DNA of 64,000 nucleotides, taken from assembly GCA_965261595.1 (NCBI GenBank), contig CBDHDG010000005.1, positions 96,001 to 160,000 on the forward strand. Direction: 5' to 3'. The DNA is from a bacterium. Its GTDB lineage: Bacteria > UBA8248 > JACPRG01 > G963555815. Shown here in pieces: positions 49,186 to 59,607 of this stretch (its first letter is position 1; every line of letters begins with the position of its first letter). The notes beneath the pieces were generated by a model. It was not told the DNA's origin and did no database searches. It worked only from the letters and a program-made list of their open reading frames with translations. The translations under genes were made by a program, and so were the position numbers.

Positions 49186-50180
49186 TTTCAGAAACCACGC
49201 TCATCAAAGGCGGACGGTTCATCGTCGAGACGTGCATGCACGTCGAATCGGGCGAGAAGGTCGTCATCCTCTACGACGAGGACCATGAGCGTCACGCCAA
49301 GGTGCTCTCGGGGCTCTGTTTCGCCCTCGGCGCCTTTCCCGCCCTGATCGACATGACGCCCTACGTCACCGCCGGCCAGGCCGACACCGGCTACCCCATG
49401 ACACCGCCCGATCACATCGCCCGGGCCATCGTGGACGCCGAGGTGACCCTCATTTACACGAACCTGGAATGGGCGAACCGCTTCGCTCACGTGCCCTGCG
49501 TCAAAGAGACAGTGGACGCCGACCACCGAATCGCGTCCATCGAAGAAGGGATGGACCGGTGGGTCCTCACCGATGAGGACCTCGCCACCGTCGCCAAACG
49601 GTGCGGCGACCTGGGAGCGCTCGCCAAAGGGGCCAAAAACATCCGGGTCACCTCCCCCGCGGGCACGGACATCCGCGTCTCCATCGAAGGCCGTCCGGCC
49701 CTGGTTCTCCCCCCCATCAAACAGAACGGGATCATGATGTCCCCCATCCCGCTCTGGACCGAAGTGGCCTGGGCGTGCGTCGAGGACAAAACCGAGGGAC
49801 GCATCGTGGTGGACGGCATTCAATTGGGGATCGGAATGCCGGGAACGCTCCCCCGCCCCATTGAATGGATCGTCAAGGACGGCCGGGCGGTCGAGATCAA
49901 CGGGGGGGCCGAGGCCGAGGCCCTCAAGAAGACCATCGCCGGGGTGAAGAACGTGGAGATCATCGGCGAAATCGGCGTGGGCATCAGCGACAAACCGCCC
50001 TTCGGCGGACCCTCGGAAAAGGGGAAGCTGGGCACCGCCCACTTCGCCCTCGGGGACAACTGTCATGCCTACCCGGGGGGGCGAAACGACTGCCGGCTCC
50101 ACCTCGATGGGTCGGTGCGCAACTGCACCTTCAGGGTGGACGATACGGTGGTCGTGGAGAACGGCGAATGGAAGCTCTAG
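49182..50180 (+). CDS. M29 thermophilic-metalloprotease-fold protein (NicX-related family)
   Basis: IRVTSPAGTD, EGRIVVDG, IGEIGVG, GTAHFALG, LHLD. Confidence 0.75.
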   Translation: MISETTLIKGGRFIVETCMHVESGEKVVILYDEDHERHAKVLSGLCFALGAFPALIDMTPYVTAGQADTGYPMTPPDHIARAIVDAEVTLIYTNLEWANRFAHVPCVKETVDADHRIASIEEGMDRWVLTDEDLATVAKRCGDLGALAKGAKNIRVTSPAGTDIRVSIEGRPALVLPPIKQNGIMMSPIPLWTEVAWACVEDKTEGRIVVDGIQLGIGMPGTLPRPIEWIVKDGRAVEINGGAEAEALKKTIAGVKNVEIIGEIGVGISDKPPFGGPSEKGKLGTAHFALGDNCHAYPGGRNDCRLHLDGSVRNCTFRVDDTVVVENGEWKL

Positions 50181-50227
50181 GCCTGTCTGGCCCAAAGTAT
50201 CGCTCCCGGCCTGAACGAGGTTAGAGA

Positions 50228-51145
50228 ATGGCGGTGAAACCCTTTGAATATCACTCGCCGGAGTCGGTCGAGGAGGCCCTGGGCCTTCTGGAGCGGTACG
50301 GAGAGGACGCGAAGCTTTACGCGGGGGGAACCTCTCTGCTCTTCCTGATGAAAGAGGGCCTGTTCTCGGCCGAGCAGGTCGTCAACCTCAAGCGCGTCTC
50401 CGGCCTGGATCGAATCGAGCTGGAATCGGAGATCGGCGGGAGCCGCGTCCACATCGGGGCGATGGCGACCCACCGGGCGCTCGAGTTCTCGGACTTGCTC
50501 AAGGACAAAATTCCCGTCATCCCGGAAATGGAATCCGATCTGGCGAATGTCCGGGTGCGGAACGTCGGGACACTGGGCGGGAGCCTGGCCTTCGCCGAGC
50601 CCCAGTCCGATCCCCCTTCCCTCCTCATGGCCCTGGGCGCGGAAGTGAGCGTTGCCGGGCCGCAAGGGGAGCGAGTCCTAGACCTGGATTCGCTCTACGT
50701 CGACTATTACGAAACCGCCCTCGACCCGCTGGAGATGATCACCCGAATCTCCATTCCCGTTCCGGCGGGGGAGGTGGGCTGCTCGTACCGGAAGTTCTGT
50801 CAGCGAACGGCTTCGGACAAGCCGACGGTCTGCGCGGCGGTCCGCCTCGCGCTGAAGGCCGGCGTCGTGGATGAGGTGAGCATCGTCCTCGGGGCCGTCG
50901 CCCCGACGCCCGTCCGGGCGAAGCGGGCCGAGGAATGCGTCCGGGGAGTCCGTCCGGAAAACGGGGGCTTTTCGGCCGAGCTGCTGGAAACGGCCGCCCA
51001 AGCGGCGGGGGAAGAGATCAATCCCCAAACCGACATCTACGGCTCGGATTGGTACAAGCGCGACGTCGCCCGGGCCCTGTTGAAACAAGGCCTGGCCGAG
51101 GCCATGGCCATGGCGGCCCGGCCCTCGGAGAAGGAAAGCCCATGA
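50228..51145 (+). CDS. Xanthine dehydrogenase family FAD subunit (CoxM-like)
   Basis: YAGGTSL, VRNVGTLGG. Confidence 0.93.
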   Translation: MAVKPFEYHSPESVEEALGLLERYGEDAKLYAGGTSLLFLMKEGLFSAEQVVNLKRVSGLDRIELESEIGGSRVHIGAMATHRALEFSDLLKDKIPVIPEMESDLANVRVRNVGTLGGSLAFAEPQSDPPSLLMALGAEVSVAGPQGERVLDLDSLYVDYYETALDPLEMITRISIPVPAGEVGCSYRKFCQRTASDKPTVCAAVRLALKAGVVDEVSIVLGAVAPTPVRAKRAEECVRGVRPENGGFSAELLETAAQAAGEEINPQTDIYGSDWYKRDVARALLKQGLAEAMAMAARPSEKESP

Positions 51146-51708
51146 AGCCGGCCAAACGGATCCTCCGCCTGAGGGTGAACGGCGCGGACGTGGAGGCCGC
51201 GGCCGAGCCCCGGACGCTGCTCCTGGACCTGCTGCGCGATGGCCTGGACCTGACCGGTCTGAAGAAGTCCTGCGACATTCAGGTATGCGGCTCCTGCACG
51301 GTCCTGGTGAACGGGCGGGCGGTCAGCGCCTGCACAACCCTGGCGCTCGACGCCGAAGGCGCCGAAGTGACGACCATCGAGGGACTCGCCGAGAACGGCC
51401 GTCTCGACATCCTCCAGCGGGCCTTCATCGAATACGGCGCCATCCAGTGCGGCTATTGCATCCCGGGAATGATCATGATGGCCCGCGCCCTGTTGAGCGA
51501 GAACCCGAACCCCACCGAAGATGAGGTCCGACTCTACATGGCGGGAAACCTCTGCCGGTGCACCGGGTACAAGAAGATCGTCGAAGCCATCCTGGCCGCT
51601 TCCCGGGGCGAGGTCCGCTTCGACACACCCAACCTCGTCTTCACCCCCCGGGCGGACGAGGAGGAGGCGGAAGACCTCTCCCTCGGCACGTTCCGGTTGA
51701 GCGAGTAG
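51142..51708 (+). CDS. Xanthine dehydrogenase family [2Fe-2S] subunit (CoxS-like)
   Basis: C..QVCGSCTV, QCGYC, GNLCRCTGY. Confidence 0.95.
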   Translation: MKPAKRILRLRVNGADVEAAAEPRTLLLDLLRDGLDLTGLKKSCDIQVCGSCTVLVNGRAVSACTTLALDAEGAEVTTIEGLAENGRLDILQRAFIEYGAIQCGYCIPGMIMMARALLSENPNPTEDEVRLYMAGNLCRCTGYKKIVEAILAASRGEVRFDTPNLVFTPRADEEEAEDLSLGTFRLSE

Positions 51709-51754
51709 TCCCCCGCGTCTTTGATCGACACGCAATTTTCGTAGAGGTGACCAC

Positions 51755-54052
51755 ATGGCCGACACGCTGAGCGTTGTGGGAAAACGGCTGCCCAAGGTGG
51801 ACGCGCTGCCTAAGGCCACGGGCGAGATGCACTACCTGGCGGACCTCAAGCTGCCGGGGATGCTTTACGGCGCGATCCTCAGAAGCCCTTTCCCCCACGC
51901 CCGAATCCTGAACATCGACACCGCTCCGGCGCAAAGCCTCCCCGGCGTGCGCGCCGTCCTCACGTGCGCAGATACGCCCCAAAAACGCTTCTCATTCGTG
52001 GAATACCTGGCCGACAAATACATCCTCGCCAAGGACAAGGTCCACTACGTGGGCGACGAGGTGGCGGCGGTGGCGGCGGTGGACGAGGAAACGGCGCGGG
52101 CGGCGGCCGATCTCATCCGGGTCGAGTACGAAGAGCTTCCGGCCCTGTACGACGTGGACGAGGCCATGCAGCCCGGAGCCCCCGTCATTCATGAACACAA
52201 AGACTCGAACATCGCCTTCGAGCTGCACCGCAAGTACGGCGATCCGGACCGGGGTTTCGCAGAGTCAGATCACGTGTTCGAAGACCGTTTCGAGACCCAG
52301 CGCGTGGCGCACGCGCCGATGGAGACTCGGGGGTGCGTGGCGCGGTTCGACCTTGCGGGCCGGTTGACGGTTTGGGCTCCGAGCCAGGCCCCCCACACCC
52401 TGAGGAACGAGATTGCGAAGTCCCTCCGCATCCCTCCCTCCCGCGTGCGCGTCTGCAAGCTCCCCACCGGGGGCGCCTTCGGGAACCGGCTGGTCATGGA
52501 CATGACCCCTCCGGTGGCGGCCATCCTCTCGGCCAAGACCGGGCGGGCGGTCAAAATCGTCAACACCCGGCAAGAGGAATTCGAGACCAGCAAAACCCGC
52601 TATCGCTACATCATCGACCTCAAAACAGGCGTCAAGAAAGACGGCCGGGTCCACGCCCGGGCCGCCCGGGTCATCGCCGACAACGGCGCGTACAACGACA
52701 AGGCCCCCGCCATCCTGAGCTTCACGGGCTCGATGTTCTGCCTGATCTACGACGTGGAGCACCTCCAGTACGACGCCTGCGCCGTCTACACGAATCGGCA
52801 ATACGGAACGGGGTTTCGGGGATTCGGCAACCCCCAAATCACCTTCGCCCACGAGCACCAACTCGACCTCATCGCCGAGCGCCTGGGAATGGATCCCCTC
52901 GCGTTGCGCCTGAAAAACGCGAACCGCCCCGGAAAAACCCGGGCCGTCGGGGCCGAGATAAAGGTCATGGACATGACCGAATGCCTGGAGCGGGCGACCG
53001 CCGCGGCCGGCTGGGCCGAGAAGCGGAAGACGTACGGCAAGCGCGAGCCCGGCGGGCCGTGGCGGGGGATCGGGGTCGCCACGATGATCCACACGGCCGG
53101 CGGCAACCGGTTCTATGGCTACAACGCGGCGTCTTCGGTGGTGAAAGTGTCCGAGGACGGGATGGTGACCCTCGTCACCCCGGCCTGCGACGTGGGCCAG
53201 GGCGCGCAGACCGTCGTGGCGCAGATTTGCGCCGAGGAGATGGGCGTCTCCCTGGACGACGTGGTGATCATCACCGACGACACCGACCTGACCCCCTATG
53301 ACCTCGGCTCGTGGGGGAGCCGGACGACGTGGGTGGTGGGCCAGGCCGCTCAGGCCGCGGCCCGGGAGGCCAAAGGGCAGATCCTGGAAACCGTGGCGGA
53401 GGCCCTCGAGGTCTCGCCCGAAGATTTGGAATCCCGCGACGGCTGGGTCGGCGTTCCGGGTGCCCCCGAGCGGGGGATGTCCTTCGCCGCCGCCGTCGAT
53501 CTGTGCTTCAAGAAAAGGGGAAGCCCGATCCAGGCGGAGGGGAAATTCATCGACGAAGCCGCACCCGAATTCAAGGACTGGGAGACCCAGAGCCCGAACT
53601 ATTCTTCGGCGGCCCACGTGGTCGAGGTCGAGGTGAGCCCGGAGACGGGCCAGGTCCGCGTCCTGGACTTCAAGGCCGCCCACGGCATCGGCCGGGCCAT
53701 CAACCCCATGGCCGCCGAAGGACAGATCGAAGGGAGCGTCGCACAGGGCGTGGGCTTCGTGCTGATGGAAGAATTGCTCCTGGACGGAGGCAAGACCATC
53801 AACCCCAGCTTCGCCGACTACAAGATCCCCAGCTTCCTGGACTTGCCGCGCGTGGAAGCCATCCTGGTCGAAAACCCCGACCCGGACGGCCCGTTCGGGG
53901 CCTCGGGCATCGGCGAGCCGGGTTTGGTTCCCACGGCCGCGGCCGTGGCCAATGCCATCGCCCACGCGACGGGCTGCCATTTCAGAACCTTGCCCGTCAC
54001 CGCCGAAAAAATCCTGAAAGCCTTGAAAGACCGGGACGCGGCCGAACCGTAA
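51755..54052 (+). CDS. Xanthine dehydrogenase family molybdopterin subunit
   Basis: GGAFG, FRGFG, GQG, GSWGSR, GIGEPG. Confidence 0.95.
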   Translation: MADTLSVVGKRLPKVDALPKATGEMHYLADLKLPGMLYGAILRSPFPHARILNIDTAPAQSLPGVRAVLTCADTPQKRFSFVEYLADKYILAKDKVHYVGDEVAAVAAVDEETARAAADLIRVEYEELPALYDVDEAMQPGAPVIHEHKDSNIAFELHRKYGDPDRGFAESDHVFEDRFETQRVAHAPMETRGCVARFDLAGRLTVWAPSQAPHTLRNEIAKSLRIPPSRVRVCKLPTGGAFGNRLVMDMTPPVAAILSAKTGRAVKIVNTRQEEFETSKTRYRYIIDLKTGVKKDGRVHARAARVIADNGAYNDKAPAILSFTGSMFCLIYDVEHLQYDACAVYTNRQYGTGFRGFGNPQITFAHEHQLDLIAERLGMDPLALRLKNANRPGKTRAVGAEIKVMDMTECLERATAAAGWAEKRKTYGKREPGGPWRGIGVATMIHTAGGNRFYGYNAASSVVKVSEDGMVTLVTPACDVGQGAQTVVAQICAEEMGVSLDDVVIITDDTDLTPYDLGSWGSRTTWVVGQAAQAAAREAKGQILETVAEALEVSPEDLESRDGWVGVPGAPERGMSFAAAVDLCFKKRGSPIQAEGKFIDEAAPEFKDWETQSPNYSSAAHVVEVEVSPETGQVRVLDFKAAHGIGRAINPMAAEGQIEGSVAQGVGFVLMEELLLDGGKTINPSFADYKIPSFLDLPRVEAILVENPDPDGPFGASGIGEPGLVPTAAAVANAIAHATGCHFRTLPVTAEKILKALKDRDAAEP

Positions 54053-54162
54053 GGGCGGCAAGCGCCGTCCATGCACCCCATCCGGACCCGGGAAACACCG
54101 GTTGCGGCGGAGAACCATCATTTCCAGGAATCCCGGGAGAAATTTACCGAGGAGACAGCCTG

Positions 54163-55170
54163 ATGTCAGACCGGCTTCAGTTCGGCGTCAACATCAACAC
54201 CCGCGTACCGATCATCTACCCCGATTTCTATACGGCCCAAGACATGTACGAGATGGCCGAAGAGGTCGAGAGCCTGGGGTTCGACTCGGTTTGGTGCGGG
54301 GACAACTTCTTCGAGAAGGCGCGCGTCGAGTCGACCACCACCCTCGGCGCGTGCGCGTCGCGCACAAAGCGCGTCAAGCTCAGCACGGCCTCCTTCATCC
54401 TGACGACCCGGAACACGGCGTGGATGGCCCTGACCTGGGCGAGCCTGGACCAGCTCTCGGGCGGGCGGATGATCATGACCGTCTGCGTGGGCGGCGGAAG
54501 CCCCGAGGCCGGAGGCACCCAAGCACATGAGCAATACACCGTTGTGGGCGTGCCTTACAAAAAGCGCGGCTTCTACATGGAGGAGCAGATCAAGCTCCTT
54601 CGCCGGCTCTGGCTCGAGTCGAACGTCGTCAACGAAAGCGACATGCCCTTCCACACCTACAGCGGAATCTCCGTGGACGTGCGGCCCGTCCAGAAGCCGA
54701 TCCCCATCTGGATCTCCAACAACCCCCAAATCTTTCCCGTCAAGCCGCACGTCAAGGAGCGGATGATGCGGCGGGTGGGGGAGCTGGCGGACGGCTGGCA
54801 GACCTGCACGGCAACCCCCGCCGAGTACGAAGAGCTCTTCGGGATAGTGAAGGGTTACGCCAAGGACGCCGGACGGCGCCCCGAGGACATCGTGGGGGGC
54901 TATCAGTTGACGTGCAGTCTCCGCCCCAATCCAGACCAGGCCCGGAAAGAGGCGCTCGAATTCCTCAACAAGTACTACGTCACGGAATTCACCGACCTTT
55001 CCCAATCCATGTGGAACCGGGACCCCTTCGGGACGCCGGACGATGTCATCCGCAATATCGAGGGCCTCGCGGAGAAAGGGTGCCGGCACTACTGCGTCCG
55101 GTTTGCCACGTACGACCAGTTCGCGCAAATGCGTCTCTTCTCGGAAAAGGTTCTCCCGCGCTTTCAATAA
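54163..55170 (+). CDS. LLM-class flavin-dependent oxidoreductase
   Basis: LGFDSVWCGD, SLDQLSGGR, RPVQKPIPIW, ELADGW. Confidence 0.9.
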   Translation: MSDRLQFGVNINTRVPIIYPDFYTAQDMYEMAEEVESLGFDSVWCGDNFFEKARVESTTTLGACASRTKRVKLSTASFILTTRNTAWMALTWASLDQLSGGRMIMTVCVGGGSPEAGGTQAHEQYTVVGVPYKKRGFYMEEQIKLLRRLWLESNVVNESDMPFHTYSGISVDVRPVQKPIPIWISNNPQIFPVKPHVKERMMRRVGELADGWQTCTATPAEYEELFGIVKGYAKDAGRRPEDIVGGYQLTCSLRPNPDQARKEALEFLNKYYVTEFTDLSQSMWNRDPFGTPDDVIRNIEGLAEKGCRHYCVRFATYDQFAQMRLFSEKVLPRFQ

Positions 55171-55201
55171 GCGCGCATGCGCGAAGGAGGGAGATCCTGT
55201 C

Positions 55202-55720
55202 ATGAGTGGAGCCTTCGACCGCACGACGCTCATCCTCGCCGCCGTCGCCGCCGCGCTTGTCGTTTATCACTACGAGAGGACGGGTCAAATTCCCTGGGTT
55301 TCAGCCAGCCAGGCGGGCCGGATTCTTGTCAGCATCCTGCCGAAAATCGTTTGCGGCTTTCTGATCGGCACGTTGCTTCTGGAAGCGCTGCCCGAGGCGT
55401 TGGTGCGGAATTGGCTTTCGGACCGTTCCGGCTGGAAGGGGATCGCCATCGGCTGGGCCGCGGGGAGCCTGATGCCCATAGGCGCGCCCTTCGTGATGCT
55501 GCCCATGATGGCGGGCCTGCTCAAAGAGGGTGCGGGCATGGGCCCCGTCGTGACGCTTCTGACGGCAACGGCCCTCCTTGGACCATCGCGCATCTTCGTC
55601 TACGAGATTCCGATTATGGGGGGCGGCTTCTTCCTGGTGCGCTTCGCGTCGGTGTTTTGGGTGCCGCCGGTCACGGGCGTTATCGCCCACTTCGTGGCGA
55701 CCCGGTTCCCGGCCGGTTGA
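55202..55720 (+). CDS. Small permease-like membrane protein (DUF318-related)
   Basis: LP..LV..WL...SG.KG, GSLMPIGAP, GAGMGP. Confidence 0.7.
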   Translation: MSGAFDRTTLILAAVAAALVVYHYERTGQIPWVSASQAGRILVSILPKIVCGFLIGTLLLEALPEALVRNWLSDRSGWKGIAIGWAAGSLMPIGAPFVMLPMMAGLLKEGAGMGPVVTLLTATALLGPSRIFVYEIPIMGGGFFLVRFASVFWVPPVTGVIAHFVATRFPAG

Positions 55721-56069
55721 ACGCCGGTCCGAGACGCGCTCCGTCAAGCTGAACGTGGATTTTGCGAACAGCGCTTCAACAGGATCGCATATTCGTAATC
55801 CATAGAATCTTCGGCAAAGCTTTCCCCCCTTTTTCCATGACGATTTTCCAAATCAAAACACTCGCCGGAAGCAGGCTCAGACCAGGAACGCGCAGGGGGC
55901 GGGAAGACTCGATCACGCGTCGGAGCCGCCTCCGGCGAGACTCACACCGGATCGATTTGTTCTCTGTCAATGGGTGGCTTCTATGTGGCAAAAGAAGACA
56001 TCTGATTTTCAAGAAGATTCTTGGGAACCATTCCCACATCAGGTGGAGAGTTCTTTCGGAGGGAAGAGA

Positions 56070-56236
56070 ATGAATCGCATCAGGAAGGGCGTATTGGCGC
56101 TTGCGTTAATGGTGGGATTGATCGGATGGAGCGGCCCTGGATGGACGGCCGATCCGGGGGTCACGGATACCGAGGTGGTCCTCGGCGCATGGTTCCCGCT
56201 GACGGGTTTTCTGTCCTTCACCGGGACATCCGAGCG
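56070..56236 (+). pseudogene. ABC (LivJ-type) substrate-binding protein N-terminal fragment
   Basis: Signal peptide plus DPGVTDTEVVLG..PLTG, then abuts the HepT remnant. Confidence 0.6.
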
Positions 56237-56428
56237 GATATCGGGATTGCGCTCGCGCAATTCTCGGGACAACATGGAGGCTGCTTCGCCGATGATCTGT
56301 AGGTGGTGGACCACCCAGACTTAAACAAGTTTTTCCCCGAGAAACGTTTCTTTTCCCTTGGCCGCGTACTCTTCGATGTTGGCGATGGCTTCCTGAATGT
56401 CGAGAAGGCGTTGCTGGTCATCCCGCAT
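56237..56428 (-). pseudogene. HepT/DUF86 HEPN toxin remnant
   Basis: MRDD..RLLDI.EAI...V*VWVVHHLQIIGEAA...PDI; in-frame TAA at 56323-56321 and C-terminus lost. Confidence 0.8.
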
Positions 56429-56434
56429 CGGGGT

Positions 56435-56738
56435 CCTAAGGGGACGGCTTCTTTCATGACGCGCTCGCGGACGCGCGGCCTGAGACCCCAGTCGCTCACC
56501 AGGTTGACCTTGCAGCCCAGGAGGTCTTCCAGCTCCTGCGCGAGATCCACATGCCCAAACAGGCTCATGTCCGGCCCCGGGTGGATGAGGAGATCGATGT
56601 CGCTCTCGGGACCGAAGTCGCCGCGCGCCACCGAGCCGAATACGCGCACATTGCTGGCGCCGCGTCCCTCAACGGTTTCCAGAATTTTTGCCCTCTTCTC
56701 CTTCAAGATTTTTCAAGATTCATCCTGGACCCCCGCAT
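56435..56738 (-). pseudogene. MntA-type nucleotidyltransferase antitoxin, degraded at both ends
   Basis: RVFGSVARG...SDIDLL...EDLLG.KV.LV...EAVPL with no in-frame stop after VPL. Confidence 0.8.
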
Positions 56739-56869
56739 TCTTACATCAGCTTCCTCACCCCAAGAGCGCGCAATGGGAAGGCCTACCGCCGAGACCTCTT
56801 CCCTCGGCTCCTGTTAGCACTCGAGAGAAAAACAGTCACGGGATTCTCCCGCAACCCTTTGAAATCAAA

Positions 56870-56895
56870 TGGTGGAGCTGAGGAGGATCGAGCCC
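56870..56895 (-). repeat. tRNA-Ala-like 3' end fragment (att site)
   Basis: Minus strand GGGCTCGATCCTCCTCAGCTCCACCA; direct repeat of 60798-60820. Confidence 0.8.
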
Positions 56896-56947
56896 ATAGC
56901 CTCATGACCGCCGGTCAAATCAGAAAGCCTTGAATCATCGGCCCGAT

Positions 56948-57883
56948 TCATTTTGGCGGCACTGCTCCGGTTGTTTCAACGATGAGGCCATAGTGCTCAG
57001 GACGGCGGTGGGCGGCGAAATCAAATGTGGTCTCTCTGAGGTACCGGCCGGCTTCCAGATCGCATTTCGCCACGATTAATTCATCCTCCAGTGTCAGACT
57101 CTGGGCGACGATTTCGCCGGTGGGCGAGATGATGACGCTGCGACCCATCATATCGACCCCCTCCTCTCGGCCGGCCTTGGCGACACCGACCACCCACGCG
57201 CCGTTCTGGTAGGCCCCCGCCTGCATGGAGAGGTGGTTGTGAAAGGCGCGCAGATGCGGCGGCTCAAACAGCAGCCCGTTCAGCGTGGGGGTGTTATAGC
57301 CGATGAGGACCAGTTCGACCCCTTGCAGCCCCAGGACGCGAAAGGCTTCGGGCCAGCGGCGATCGTTGCAAATCAGAATTCCGATCAATCCGCCCATGGC
57401 CTTCCAAACCTTGAAACCGAGGTTTCCCACATCGAAGTAGCGCTTTTCGAGGTGCTGAAACATGCGTTTGGGGTCCTCTTCCGCGTGGCCCGGAAGATGG
57501 ATCTTGCGGTACTTGCCGATGACGTGGCCCGACGGGTCCACGAGGATGGCGGTATTGTAACGGTGGAATTTCCCGTTTTCCTCGGTCAGTTCCGCGAACC
57601 CCAGATGAAAACCGATCTGAAGCCGCGCCGCTTCCTCGAAAAGCGGACGGGTTTCTTCGTTGGGCATCTCACGCTCATAAAAACCGTTCAGTTCTTCCTC
57701 ATTCTCGATGTGCCAGCGCGGGAAAAAGCTCGTCAGCGCGAGTTCGGGATAGACGACAAGCCCGCACCCCCGCTCCTTGGCCTCCCGCAAGAGGGCAAGC
57801 ATCCGCTGGACTACGGACCCGCGTGGCTCGTTCCGCGCGATCGGTCCAAGTTGTGCGCCGCCCACCGTCAGAATTCTCGACAT
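56948..57883 (-). CDS. N-carbamoyl-D-amino-acid hydrolase (nitrilase superfamily)
   Basis: GAQLGPI, YPELALTSFFPRW, YRKIHLPGH, EKRYF, ICNDRRWPE. Confidence 0.93.
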   Translation of the reverse strand: MSRILTVGGAQLGPIARNEPRGSVVQRMLALLREAKERGCGLVVYPELALTSFFPRWHIENEEELNGFYEREMPNEETRPLFEEAARLQIGFHLGFAELTEENGKFHRYNTAILVDPSGHVIGKYRKIHLPGHAEEDPKRMFQHLEKRYFDVGNLGFKVWKAMGGLIGILICNDRRWPEAFRVLGLQGVELVLIGYNTPTLNGLLFEPPHLRAFHNHLSMQAGAYQNGAWVVGVAKAGREEGVDMMGRSVIISPTGEIVAQSLTLEDELIVAKCDLEAGRYLRETTFDFAAHRRPEHYGLIVETTGAVPPK

Positions 57884-58072
57884 GGACCTCCCTCCGTGAT
57901 TCGTGAACGATCTATGATTCCGGCACTTTGGCACGTTTCGCGGATAAACCCAAGAAGAGCAAACGCGAAATAAGGCGATTCGATTGGGTCTTTTATTGAA
58001 CATCAGTCCCCCGCTCTAGGGTTTTGTTGGACACTCGATTGATCCATGATTCATGGAGAAAGGGGTGTCGCG

Positions 58073-58459
58073 ATGAACGAACAAAAGCAAGAGGGGGCTT
58101 TGGCGGAGGGCGCCCGCAGGGCGAACGGAGCCAAGGCCCCAGGGCATCGCAGTGAGCGGGGTCGGTTCTCCTGCCAGCGCAAGCGGGAGGCGGTCCTGCG
58201 TCTTTTGCGGGGCGAGAGCCTGGAGACGCTCTGCCGCGAGTTGGGCACGACAGCGGCTCGGCTTTCCGCCTGGCGCGAGGCGTTCCTTCGCGGGGGCGAG
58301 GCGGCGCTCAAAGCCCGCCCGGCGGATGAGCGGGACGAGGAGAACGCCCGGCTCAAGGCCAAGGTGGGCGAACTCACGATGGAGGGCGAGGTCCTGCGGG
58401 AGAAGATCGACCGCCTGGAGGCCGGCCGCCCTTTAGCCGGCAGGAGGTGGAGGCGATGA
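58073..58459 (+). CDS. IS3 OrfA
   Basis: As the other copies. Confidence 0.85.
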   Translation: MNEQKQEGALAEGARRANGAKAPGHRSERGRFSCQRKREAVLRLLRGESLETLCRELGTTAARLSAWREAFLRGGEAALKARPADERDEENARLKAKVGELTMEGEVLREKIDRLEAGRPLAGRRWRR

Positions 58460-59364
58460 GTCAGGCCCGCTTCACCTCCACGGGCAGAGCCTACGGCCTG
58501 AAGCGGGTGTGCGCCCTTTGGGGCTTGGCGCGCTCCACGGTCTACGCGCAACGGCGGCGAGAGGCGGTCCCCGTTCATGAACGCCCCACGCCCAATAAGC
58601 GCGGCCCTGTGGGCCCGTGCACCGATGCGGAACTCCTCGGCCACATCCGGCAGGTCCTGGAGGACTCTCCCTTCCATGGCGAGGGCTACCGCAAGGTGTG
58701 GGCGAGGCTGCGCTTCGCGGGCATCCGCACCAGCAAGGAGCGGGTGCGTCGCCTGATGCGGGAGGCGGGGCTTCAGGCCCCCCACCGGGTGGGCAAACCC
58801 CGAGGTCCCAAGGCCCACAACGGGACCATCCGCACCGAGCGGCCCGACCGAATGTGGGGCACGGACATGACGACGACGGTGACCACCGAGGAGGGGATGG
58901 CCTCGGTGTTCGTGGCGGTGGATCACTGCTCGGTGGACTGCGTGGGGATCCATGCGGCCAAGAGCGGCAACCGCTTCGAGGCCCTGGAGCCGATCCGGCA
59001 GGGGGTCGCCGAGCGCTTCGCCGGCTTGGAGGCGGACGTCGCCGAGGGGCTTAAAGTTCGTCACGACCACGGCCCCGCCTATCTGTCCGATGACTTTCAG
59101 CGGGAGATCGCCTACCTGGGCATGACCAGTTCGCCCAGCTTCGTGCGGGCGCCCGAGGGAAATGGCTACTGTGAGTGGTTCATCCGCATCTTGAAGGAGA
59201 ATCTCCTGTGGGTGCGCTCTTTCGCCACCGTAGAGGAACTGCGGTGGGCGCTGCTTGAGTTCAAGAACCTGTACAACCATCATTGGATTCTCGAGGGCTA
59301 CGGCTACCGAACGCCGGCCCAGGCAAGGCAGGAAAAACTCGCTCAAGTTGCGGAGGCCGCATGA
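58456..59364 (+). CDS. IS3 OrfB DDE transposase
   Basis: As copy A. Confidence 0.9.
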   Translation: MSQARFTSTGRAYGLKRVCALWGLARSTVYAQRRREAVPVHERPTPNKRGPVGPCTDAELLGHIRQVLEDSPFHGEGYRKVWARLRFAGIRTSKERVRRLMREAGLQAPHRVGKPRGPKAHNGTIRTERPDRMWGTDMTTTVTTEEGMASVFVAVDHCSVDCVGIHAAKSGNRFEALEPIRQGVAERFAGLEADVAEGLKVRHDHGPAYLSDDFQREIAYLGMTSSPSFVRAPEGNGYCEWFIRILKENLLWVRSFATVEELRWALLEFKNLYNHHWILEGYGYRTPAQARQEKLAQVAEAA

Positions 59365-59607
59365 GGTCGAATACCCTCACCCGAGTGTCCAATAACCCAG
59401 GGGCGGTCCATCAGCATCCAGCCGGGTTCGCCTACGCTTTGCAGGGGTTTCCTCGCGGGAATTTGAATGAGAGGCCTGGCCCCGTCCTCATTGGATGGTT
59501 CCGGATGGGTTCAAAAAAGGGAGGGTGAATCAGTGGTAAACTGGGGATTCCGATGTCATTTGCGGATTGCGGGATTGCGAAACTGGAGTCATTTGGGAAA
59601 TCCCGGT

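Larger units (their letters stand above)
58007..59410 (+). mobile_element. IS3-family element, copy D (1404 bp), TSD TCAG
   Basis: TCAG at 58003-58006 and 59411-59414. Confidence 0.95.

Noticed and set aside
50228..54052. Aerobic CO dehydrogenase
   Set aside because: The active-site loop reads GTGFRGFG, not AYXCSFR or AYRGAGR
53311..54162. Long N-terminal extensions in the ORF track (619-aa LLM, 420-aa M29-like, 272- and 337-aa deaminases)
   Set aside because: They overlap upstream genes or repeats; the RBS-supported starts are 54163, 49182, 36706 and 37458
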